This document shows, one piece after another, positions 37,274-48,800 of a stretch of DNA of 51,681 bases. Within the stretch, counting starts at the first letter, position 1, and each line of letters starts with the position of its first letter. Origin of the DNA: Phoronis australis (lineage: Eukaryota > Animalia > Phoronida). Both the position numbers and the translations under genes were made by a program. The notes under the pieces were generated by a model. That model searched no databases, was not told the DNA's origin, and worked only from the letters and a program-made list of their open reading frames with translations. The stretch is taken from positions 340,015-391,695 of the forward strand of contig NMRA01000366.1 in assembly GCA_002633005.1 (NCBI GenBank). The letters run 5' to 3'.

Positions 37274-39463
37274 TTTACTCCAATTATGGCCTTAATTTAA
37301 GTTGAGTAATTGACAGACGGTACTGATTGCAATCCGTTGTCAAGCACTGTAGTGATTCATGACGTCATGCTGACAAAACTAAGTATCGCTCTCATGGGCT
37401 CATTGTTAAAAAATAATTTTCTTTCATAAAAAATGCTCTTCAAGCAGCCAAAAATCTATTCAATTTCAAGAGCAAAGTCACAATGACGACCGAGTATCGT
37501 GGAGTACTATTTTATGCGGTATTAAACTCACGCTTGTTGTCAAAAAAATTCATTTAGGCCACTCAAAGTAATGAAACTAGTGTCAACATTTTCCATAGTG
37601 AAATTGGAACTAACTTCTGAGCTTCGACAGATTTTAGTGTCACGTGGTGACTTGCAAATGATGAGATTGGTTTGAAGAATTAACAAACTATCACTAGGTC
37701 TTTCCTAGCCCATTGATGATTCTGAATGAATAAAGGACAAGATAAAATCAATTTTATAACGATAAATGGCGTAAATTAAACTTTGTTTTGACTATCACGA
37801 GTATAATGTCAACACAATTGTGCTGTAGAAGAGATCGAGTCATTCAACCCGTTAAAAAGTGTTGTTTTGTCAGTCTTTTAACATTGTATGCAATTAAAAT
37901 CTTTATTGCAAAAATTTGAGGTGAACACACAACCTGCAGGACATGTCAATATACGCTCAGTTGAAAATACCAGGGTAAACAACTTTCGTAACGGCTTTAT
38001 ACCACAGCTAAAGACCGATGTGAATTCATTCGAGAAAACTAGGAAACGAAAAATAATTATAAAAAAACATGTACAAGGAGTTCACCGGATTCATTTATTG
38101 CAATTTTTTTTCAACACGAGTGTATTCACACTTGCACGAATTCGCCATTATGCCTGATAATGAGGTGTTGTCATCTTCAAACTACAATGCTTCTGCGCGT
38201 TTTCACGTTTGTGATGTTAAACTGAAGCTAACATAATTAAGTCATTAATTTGTGTCTTAAACGACAATGCCCAATACAACAATCATTTTATTTTTACAGT
38301 GCCACCAAAGTGTGCAAGCATTCAGAATAGAGTCCGAATACTCCATTACTGTAGCGTTTTTAACACGACAAGACACAGGGACCTTCTGCCTTGAGTTTTC
38401 ATTGTTAATTAGGATTTTAATTAACACGATTTTTGGCGTAACAGTAAATTACACAGTGTTATAGGCCTACTATACCCAGTCAAACCAATGTGTTAATTAG
38501 ATATCTACATATACGCTGAGGTTGGCCAATGTTACAAATAAACACAGAAAATCAGGAACCCTAGTAACTGGGCATAGAACCACAGGTCTCTAGATTGCCG
38601 GTCTAGTGCTCTGGTGCCATAGTCCTCATCTCGTGCGCCAGGCGAAACGTCGCTCATGGGATGTATGTGACACTGCATGGGCTAACAGTTTGCAAATAGT
38701 AATTGCACAGATGTCGAGTCCTCGGCTCATGGAGTAGCTCATAGTTTGAAGTCAGGGAAATACGGCGTCCCCGTCCCATAGCACAACAACCCATTGACAT
38801 CAGTGCTGCCGGCTTCATACTTATAAGTTCCTGGCAGTGCGTGCCTCGGCGACCCGGCAACGAAACTGAGTCGGTGCCACGCCCGGCGGTACCCCCACCG
38901 TTGCCAGACGTGTGTCACAAGGCTAAATTTGACGGAATCAGCGCTATCTAATCGTCACATTCATTCGCAGCTGCATGCAACTCCCACTATCCAGCGCTGC
39001 GAGCGAAGCCACTATTTCAGTACCGTGCTGGTGAGAACTGCCGCCCTTTTCTCAAGGACGGTCCTCATTGTGGTGTGAGCCTCAGTGAGAGTCAAGTCTA
39101 AGTTCCCACTCTTGAACTTTCAAAGACTCGTACGCAAAACAGGGGTTATGACCGCATTTATCTCATCCCGCAACCGAGTTACCTTCAATCTGTGACCGGA
39201 CGGCCGCGCGGCAATCAAGTCCATGAAAGCGCCACTAGATGACTAGAGCCCTCGACTGGGAAGACTTCATTCGCTCGGGATCTCCATCTGGGCTAAACGC
39301 GGGTGCACTGACGCTTTCTCGTCGGCACTGACATGAAAATCTTGTTAGCGTAGTAACAGACCTTCTCGGGACCAGTGCACCTTCGGACTAGGGCACATTC
39401 GGACGTAGTGAGCTGCTTTTCTTTGCCCGGCACATGAGCTGCCTCGCGGACGCAGCAGAGATG

Positions 39464-39470
39464 CTTTATA
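39464..39470 (-). promoter_or_regulatory. Possible TATA box (TATAAAG) for a minus-strand transcript, possibly the TSP1 gene
   Basis: Sits at the edge of a CpG-rich segment (~38600-39500); minus-strand donor AAG|GTAACT at 39183. Confidence 0.35.
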
Positions 39471-39700
39471 CGCCCTCCGCCAGAGGTCTCTTCCTTTTTG
39501 AAAAATCATTTGGTGTCCACGTCGTGTGCATTATTCTCACAACAGTTTTGGTTAACGGTGATACTAGTTAGTCTGTAAGCATATAATAATTATTGGATGT
39601 GTTCCTGTCTAAGTTGAACTCCTAATTCTAACTGCTGAATCTGCATAATGGGTGTTTCCTTTGGTTTTAGCTCGCAACAAGAGAGCATCGATTTAGTCAA

Positions 39701-39710
39701 CAAAATGGCG
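39701..39710 (+). promoter_or_regulatory. YY1-type motif CAAAATGGCG near the probable TSS of the ZNF gene
   Basis: Matches the AAAATGGCG consensus about 110 bp upstream of the SNAG ATG; followed by a plausible 57-nt 5'UTR intron (39751-39807). Confidence 0.45.
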
Positions 39711-39813
39711 TGCCTTCTCCGACACTGCGAAATGCTAAGGAAGGTCACAAGTGAGACTTGCGCTTGTTTAGTTTTACCAGAAACTCACAGACTTTGCTTG
39801 CTTGTAGATAGGC

Positions 39814-39886
39814 ATGCCTCGTTCATTTCTGAGAAAAGTTCAAAATGGAAAAAGCCAAGAGACCAACTCGAGGAATGAAAACAATG
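39814..39886 (+). CDS. ZNF gene first coding exon (SNAG-like motif)
   Basis: ATG CCT CGT TCA TTT CTG AGA AAA ... AAT G|gtgagt. Confidence 0.8.
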
Positions 39887-42800
39887 GTGAGTCAAGCTGG
39901 TGCATTTGTTCTCGTAGTCTCGATGTTCTTTTGTTATGAAACTGCCGCAGCGACACCAAACTAGTGAGGGTATCCCATGGACTTACCCATGTTATTCATT
40001 GCTGGCCGCTACAGATCCCGGTGGTTGTTTCTCTTGTATTTCATTTGTTTAATCTCGGTAACTTGGTCAAGCAAGAAAACTTAGCCATGGATACTCCATG
40101 ACATTTTTCATTTTTATTTCAGGAAATCATACTTTTTGCTTTGTACAGACATGCACTTCACGAGAGGCACTTTATAGACTCATGCCATACAGTTGTGGGG
40201 GGGGGGGACTTTTGATGCAGTTGTAAAAACCACCCATTTCTCTTTTAAAGAGTGAACTTACATTCGCACATGTATATATCTATGCCAAGTTAGTCTATGT
40301 TGTCTTGTCCAAGTATTTGTCATGACAAATTTGCATTGCATTACTTTTATTATTGTTTTACTTTATATGTTTTAACTGATAGCATAACATTCATCATTAT
40401 AAGTTATATTATTTAAGCTATAACTGAATGTAAGTGGTTTTTGGTTTTAGAAATTATGTTCAAGATTGTTACTTTTAAAATGGTGCATGTTGAACTGCAA
40501 TGATGCAGATGAGTCTAAAGAAGCACAAATCTACTTTAAATAATCTAAAATATAAATATATATACAAAATCTATGGTGGGATATGGGAGGAAGGGTTTGC
40601 TGAGGCAGTCATCAGCTCATTGAAAATGAATGCTTTGATATTTTTGAAATTTTTTATAGCCAGCTTTGTTTATATAAAAAACAAAAAATGTCACTTGTTC
40701 TTATGGCAGATGTACATATGAAAAAACCATGTGCCAACTAGCTTTAGTTTGTTTTATCATCACCAGAGAAATGCAAAGGATACCATGCGCTAACTAGTTT
40801 GTTTAGTCACCACCAGAGGTTTACAAAGGATATAGACCATGTGGTAATTAGCATTAGCTTGTTTAGTCACCACCAGAAATGTACAGAGGATATATGGCAC
40901 GCGTCAACTTACGTTAGTTTGTTAAGTTACCACCAGAGGTGTGCGGAAGATATAGACCATGTGCCAACTAGCGTTAGTTTATTTAATCACCACCAGAGAT
41001 GTATAGACCATGTGCCAACTAGTATTATTGTTTATTTACCGCCAGAGGTTCTGGTGTACATTCAGATGATATAGATAGATGATTGAACCACAATTTTGTG
41101 CATTTTTTCCAATTTTATTTGTTCAGTTTTTCTGCAATATTGTGTCATTGTGTTGAATTTTGACTTTTTTCTTTAAGATTACTTGACAGAAACTCCAGCG
41201 CAGATTGGGGAAAGGTTGGATCAGGTGAGAATATCTCTCGTCTTAATTTTTAGTCCTAACCTAATAACTGGTAAACCACTACAGAGTGCAATGTAGACAT
41301 TCTCTACTCTATATGGATACGTACTGTTCTGCAAATACTCAGGTGATGTCTTGTGAACACAGTTTTTGAAATAATATGTAGGGTGGCACATTTTTAAACG
41401 CAGTCAGGAAGGATAAAATCATTTCGTACCATTCCCCTGGATTGTTAAAGCCAAACAATTTCTAACATCACCATCTGATCTAGTATCATGTTTGATTAAA
41501 CTTGACAAACAAGCCTATTGTGTTTTACACAAGGCTTGGAATTTTCCGCGGAAACGCGGATTTCCGCTTTTTTCAAATGTTCTGTCCGCGAATTTTATTA
41601 TATTTCCGCATAAAAAAAATTGGATTTGATAAAATCTCCGTGGCAAATTTCTTTCGTACTGCGGTATTGCCGACGACTTTCACCTCGAAAAGCGGAAGTT
41701 GCTCTTTATGTTTCGGAGGAACGTAAATTGTCAACATTGCCGGGGCATCTGGGATAGCGTGGTGGATTCTTCAATGGCGTCTCGTGTGATTGTAAACAGC
41801 GGTGACAAATACTACGGCTCTGCAGCCAAAAATGTGTGGAAGTGGGAGTGCGGGAGCGGACGGACGAGCTAAAAAGACGCAGATGCACGCTTCTGGAGGT
41901 GGTACAGTTTTTTTTTTAGTTCTCCCAGTCTACATCGCCTATTTCAAGGCTGGGTGTGCGCATGTTTTGGGCCGTAAAAATTTCCGCTGTGCTAGTAACA
42001 TGGGCGGCACACCATAGGGGGCTGGGGGGCTATAGCCCCCCACTTTTTTCAGCGCTAGGACACACATGGTCTACAGGCCGTGTACCACAGGGGGGCTGAG
42101 GGGGCTTTAGCTCCCCACTTTTTTCAGTGCTGCACCGCCCATGAGTAATCGAGTCATAGCTTACAGTGTCAGCAGGTGAAAGTCTAATAATATTTCTTTG
42201 AAACTCAACCGTTTTTCTTCATCAGAATTTTTTTGGTGATAGTATTCCACACAGAACTCATCTTCATCACGACATTTGCTCAATGCCGTTTGAAAATAGT
42301 ATTTTTAAGTATGGGTTAAAGCATCTGGCGTTCTATTTACAACATATTTTCTGGATTACGAACACAGACAATGAGAGATCTGGACTATGTAAACATTGGT
42401 TTGCCAACTTTCTCCCCTTGCTATCGCTGTCAAACTGATAATGACACTTCTGTATCCGGACTAGCCAATCAGTGATGTCATGATACTAACCCCACACCGC
42501 GGGGTGTGCTGTTTACTTTACTTTTTGTTGTGTCTTTTGCCATAAGTTCAATGAACTGCTGTGAGCTCAACAACTCAATGTGTTCTGAACACTCTTAACC
42601 CCAGCACCTGCATTTGAGTGATGGGCGTTTGCGAGTTTTCCCAAAATTACTCGAACTTGATGAACTGGTTTACACTTACACCATACCCACCCTCACCCTT
42701 AGCAGTGTATGCCCACCCTCACCCTTAGCAGTGTTTGCCCACCCTCACCCTTAGCAGTGTATGCCCACCCTCACCCTTAGCAGTGTTTGCCCACCCTCAC

Positions 42801-45800
42801 CTTCAGCAGTGTATGCCCACAGGCCAGGAAAGTGTGAAGAATTTAGGTCAGTATGTGATGTAAGATAGAAGTACTCACTTTCAAAAGACCAGCTGTGATT
42901 TCTGTGTGGCAGCATAGATTATAGTACTATAGTCTATGCTGGCAGCCATACTTTATAGTACTATAGTCTATGCTGGCAGCCATACTTTATAGTACTATAG
43001 TCTATGCTGGCAGCCATACTTTATAGTACTATAGTCTATGCTGGCAGCCATACTTTATAGTACTATAGTCTATGCTGGCAGCCATACTTTTGAAACTACT
43101 AACAGTTGTGTCCTTGACACACCGGATAATAATAAAAAAATAATTGCAGGCGGTCTGATACACGTTGCACCAGATGTGCGCAGGCCTCGCATGTGGGCCC
43201 ATTGCACTGATCACCTGGAAATATTTTTATGCTTTAATGGTTAAACTGAGCTGAGGAGCTAGAAACCTGGCTCAAGGGTTTAGCAGTGTGACCTGGTGGG
43301 ACTCGAACCCACGACCTCGAGTAAAGAAAGCGGGCACTTGTCAATCAGGCCACACTGCCTCCTCCACCGGATAATATGAGTGAGAACAGTTTGGCTTAGG
43401 CTACTTCCTACACGCTCTCTGATTTTTTGGGTATTGGGGTATTCATGGGTGCACCTAATTTGCTAAATTGTCCAAAAAGGTCTGCCTCAGTGAAACAAAA
43501 AAATCCGAGTAAACGAGACAAAAGATCACAAAGTCCAGGAATTTGGCGCGGATGCACTATTGGCAGGCCTGAACCTAGTGGCCCCGTTTGGTCTTCATCG
43601 ATTTTTCAGTAAAAGGTCCTCATATCGAAGAATATGAGAACCCCTATATTTTAGGCTGGGTGCGCGCATGGTATTTACCCTCAATACTACACTTGTGAGG
43701 CACTGAGCTGGCAGTTGTACACTGTGTCATTATGATATTAAAAGGAGTTTTCTTTTTGTAATTGTGTCGCGAGTAAAGTTTTATTGTTGTACACTGAGTA
43801 GCAGAGCAGACGTAGAAAGCTTCAAAAAGCGATTGAGTTGCAAGTAAGCATTCACCACCTGTCCGACTCAGCTCAGAAGTGCTTAAACGGCCCTACAATA
43901 GAATTTTTTCTACCTTCGCAATTGAAGAGTCATGTTTGTGTTACCGGGTTTGTGGAAATTGTCCGGGAACAACAGACATGAAAACGTATTCCACTTTCTA
44001 CCATTTTATTAACAAAAGCGTGAATGTGCAATCCTTGTTGTAGGATAATGGAGTCTATGTTCAAGATGGAGAAAGTACAAGATTGGTTGAAGAAATGATG
44101 ATAGAGGAGACCAAGGACAAGGACAAGGACAAGGTTGGAAGCAGTGGTGATTGTGCAGAAACAAGACCAGCTAATTCTGAGCAATTGGAAACACTGACTC
44201 ATCAGAATGAAAATGTAGATATTGCTTTGGTATGTATTGTATTTACTGTCTTGTTGACCTGTTGTTACCTTAAAGATGTCTTCTGTTAACTGCCAACGAA
44301 GTCATCGGTTTAAAAAAGTAGCGTAAAATATGGATTTCCTATCATGTCTTCGTCCAGCAAGTGAGTTGGGAGTCTGCTCTAGACTAGTGTGTGAAAATAA
44401 GTTAGACTGAATTGAACTTTGTGAAATATTGCTTGTGGTCATCGAGGTTGTCATGACAAATGAACAATTGAAGCTGCACCGTGAAAGCTCTGACAAATAA
44501 ATAATTTTCTGTGGTGATCATAGATTATAAAACTTGTGTAGGGATAACCTTTGCTTGTTGCTGCATCTATTTAGAACCCGTAAACTGAGTGCCTATGTGA
44601 AGCATTCAACTCCAACGAAACAGATTGATCAACTTGGAGAACTTATGGGCAAGACTGTCATCACTTTGCGATGGGTTTGTTTTCAGGAGAGTGGGGAGTG
44701 TGTCCAAGATGAAGAAATGCCAAGTCAAGTAAAAGATTGTTTTCAGGAGAGTGGGGACTGTGTCCAAAGTGAAGAAATGTTCAGTCAATTAAAAGATGAA
44801 GGCACAGGAGCAGATGGGAAAGATGATGTCACAGAGAGTGTCAATGAAGGTGATGAAGAGATACCACCTGATTCTGAGGACCCAGAGGTATCAATTATTC
44901 AGTTCACACCAGAAATAATCAGACAATTCCCTGTCATAACAGCTGACTGGAAGTGTAATTTCCCATCATGGCAGCTACTATATGCTTAACTCCCTGTGAG
45001 AGTGGCTGGAGGGATGGATGTGTGGGGTGTAGTGGTGGGGCAAACTGAGTGAGAATGGCTGGAGGGATGGATGTTGGGGTGTAGTGATGGGGGAAACAGA
45101 GTTTTGTACAAAGGCATGTTTTGCACGTTAGCATAAAGTAATCAAATTGCATGAAGTTGAGTTTGTTATTGAATTTCAGGACTAAACTTGAATATTTGCA
45201 TACCAAAATATAAAAGTGAAATTGGATTCTAAACAAATGATCGCATACAGAATACGAGGCTTGAAATTTTCCGTGAAAATGCGGATTTCTGCTTTTTTCA
45301 AATGTTCTGTCCGCGTATTTTATTATATTTCCACGTAAAAAAAATCGGATTTGATATAAAATTTCCACTTCAAATTTCTTACTGCGGCGTTGCCGACGAC
45401 TTTCACCTTGAAAAGCGGAAGTTGCTCTTTATGTTTCGGAGGAACGTAAATTGTCATCATTGCTGGGCACCTTGGATAGCGTGGTTTTCTTCAATGGGGT
45501 CTCGTGAGATTGTAAATCGCGGTGACAAATACTACGGCTCTGCAGCCAAAATTGTGTGGAGGTGGGAGTCGCGGACGAGCTAAAAAGACGCAGACGCACG
45601 CTTCTGGAGGTGGTACCGGTTTTTTTTTAGTCCTCCCGATTTTTGTCGGCAAACGGTCCACATCGACTATTTCAAGGCTGGGTGCGCGCATGTTTTGGGT
45701 CGTAAAAATTTCCCCTTTTATTCTCATTGGTCATTTCAAGCCCTGAGAATTGCAAAAATGAGCTGAGTTGAATTATAACCAGATCCTGAGGCCACCAGTA

Positions 45801-48800
45801 CCTTTGTGATTAAGCAGAAGATTTCTGCACAAAATATGATGACGTGGTCTAATCACAGAGATCCAGACATGCAGGACACAGAAATACAACTACTTGTGTG
45901 ATCTTATCCTGCACACGTAAACTCGTTCTTGGCTACATGTCTTCACAGTTTGCAGCTACAAAGGTCTTGTGTTGCATTACAGAATAGAAGGCTGGAAATA
46001 CTAAAGATGGTGGAGAAGATCGTCACCTATGTCAACAATAAACAGGTCATCTACTATAAGTGTCCTATCTGTGGCAAACTGTTCAAGCAGCACTACTCTT
46101 TCGGCAGGCATATAGTTGTACACACAGGTAAGAAAACACTGGGATAGGAGGAGGCTGCTGCAGCAAAATGGTGTTAGTTTGTAATGCATGTGTCATCACG
46201 AATTCATTGAGGTCTCACCAATCAGTGATCTAACAGTCAGGAGCAACCGTCTGTGCTTTGTCTACCTACAAAGATTGGCTTTGAACCTCACTGTGTTGTG
46301 TTACTGTATCATTTATCTTTTAGAGATGTCCTACAAATTTACTTACCATTTTACAGGCGAGAGACGATTCAAATGTGATGAGTGTGGCAAGTTATTCCGT
46401 CAGTCCAGCACCCTCTGTAGGCACAGAGTTGTCCATAATGAAGAACGTAAATACAAGTGTCCCCAGTGCCCAGCTACATTTCGGTAAGTACTCAACAGTG
46501 CTTAGTAAAATCACATCAAGTCGTCTTATGTGCCTACATGCACATACAGTGTAGGTGGATATAAACCAACATCATCTGTGTCATTGTCTCTCTTCTTTCT
46601 GGAGTCCACAGCTGTATTTCCTTGACCTCTTGCAAGATTTTCAATAAATTTGGCAGATGTGTTCCTGTGAAGCTGGCGATGGATGGAGACAGAAGATGAC
46701 TTTTGGAAGGATCTTACTACCACTGCCCACAGGTGGCACTTTAATGTTGTTCACGTTTGCTCTGTACCTACCTAGTTACTTGACAGAGCTGTATGAAATT
46801 TTCCAGTTAGGCTTCTGTTGTCATGATGGCCACGCCTACCCAATACTGTACCACTGGCTGGATTTTCAAAAGAAACACAAACTACAAACTACTTATAAAT
46901 GTTATGTAAATTGCCATGATTATGGACATATCATGTTTATGCACCCACGTATATAGATGACGATGAATTATTTCGGACCGATCCGATTACTACTACTATA
47001 TCCCCTAGTGGCAGTTTTACTTTTTTTGCTGTTGCCTCTATATCTTCGGAGTTCATTTTCATGAAATTTGGGTTCTTTTAAGGAGACAGCGATGGCTTTC
47101 CATTTTCCGATGGCTTTTTTCAAATTTGAGAGTCAGTTTTTTTGACTTCCGCTTTTCTATCTGCCAAAACGCTTGAAGGACCATTGCGAAAATTGGCTGG
47201 TGTGTTGCTGATGAGGAAACTACACCTGACATTTCACAGGAGTTAGAGTACTCTGGCACCCCCTACAGGGTGAAATTTGCCAGATGTTTTGCCTATGGAG
47301 CTGACAACAGATGTCAAAATTTCAGACCAATCCAACTCCTGGTTTGCCCCCTGGTGGCAACTTTAATTTTTTACGTTTTCCTGTTGATCTAGTTCGGAGT
47401 TCATTGATGGATTTCTGTGAGATATAACAACTAGAAGGATGTGACGAAACTTTTTCTTTGGACAAATCCGACATATTTTGAGCCACCTGCTGGCTATTTT
47501 TATTATTTCAAGTTGGTTTTTTTTTGCCTGCTTCTTTACTTGCCAAATTTTGTATTGGTCTGGCAACTGTGGCAGCCTGTAGTGGTGATTTGGGCACTCA
47601 TGGATGTAGCTCCTTAATCCCATGTAGGATCTTTGCGTAGTTTTGCAAGTGTTCTCCTGTAATGTTGACAATGGCTGTCCACTACATTTATATGCTTCTA
47701 AGTCCTGCTGTGCCCCTTGTGGCATTTTTTTGTTTACATTTGCCTCTGTGTCTTAGAACTCTTAAATGGTTTTTCTTGAAATTTGGGAAATTTTTATAAT
47801 AAAGATGACAGCACCTTTCCACTTTTATGATGGATTCAACGTTTTCTGTACCACCCAGTGGCAATATGTGTTATTGCTTTCAGTCATTTTGTGTTGTCTT
47901 GTTATCTGTGAAACCTCTCAAGGATTGTTATGAAAATTGGCAGACGTGTTCCCTCTCACAAGAACAGAACTGTCATGCCCAACTGCTGTTGTGCCCCTAG
48001 TGGCAATTTTTGCATCTGCGGCTGTATTTCCTAAACCCTCTGACTCTTCATGGCACTTTTTCACATTTGCCTCTGTTTCTGTGCAACCTTAACTGTCTTT
48101 TGGCAGTTGGCATCTCAACCAGCTGGCACTCTATTGTGTTGGCTGGCAATGGAATAATTTTAATTGGGTTTTGGCTTCAATTTTCTCCTGTACTCAGTCC
48201 ATCATGGGATTTTTATGAAGACGGCTGACGATGACTTTCCGACAACTTTAAATACTGTGGCGCCTCCTAGTGGCAGTTTTGTATGTTTTTGCGCCCATGG
48301 CTATATCTCCTAAACGTTCAACAGGATCTTTATTAAATTTGAGCAAATTAAGATGACAACAGACGACGACGACTTTCAAACAGAGTGGACTAGCGGTGTG
48401 CCCCCAAGTGGCAATTATAGTCTTTTACGTTTACCTCTGTATCTTCAAAGGTCCTGAATGGATTTCCATAAGGTTTGGCAGATGGGTGTCTGTTAGTGAG
48501 GTGACATTATCCATTTGCTTTCGGATTGATTCAAGGTATTTTGCACCACTTAGTGGCCAATTTTATTGTTTTTTTGGTGTCCGCTCCTCTGTCGACCAAA
48601 ACACTATAAGGATTATTGTGGAAATTGGCATGTATGTTCCTAGATTTGGAGTAGTGAACGCCTCCTAGTGGCTGTTTTTATTATATTTGAGTCTGCTTTT
48701 ATCGAAACCACTCTTAGATTATTTTTTGAGTGGCACTGACTACTGTGGTGTCTCCGTAGTGCATATTTTGCATTAGTGGCTGTGGGTTTTAGTGGCAATT

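Noticed and set aside
43280-43364. Functional tRNA gene
   Set aside because: A/B boxes are present but I could not fold a full cloverleaf; it continues into a SINE body with tail and TSD.
41502-45746. Paired similar ORFs (41502-41726/45302-45583, 41802-42017/45522-45746) as duplicated genes
   Set aside because: They are chance frames within two copies of a non-coding MITE.
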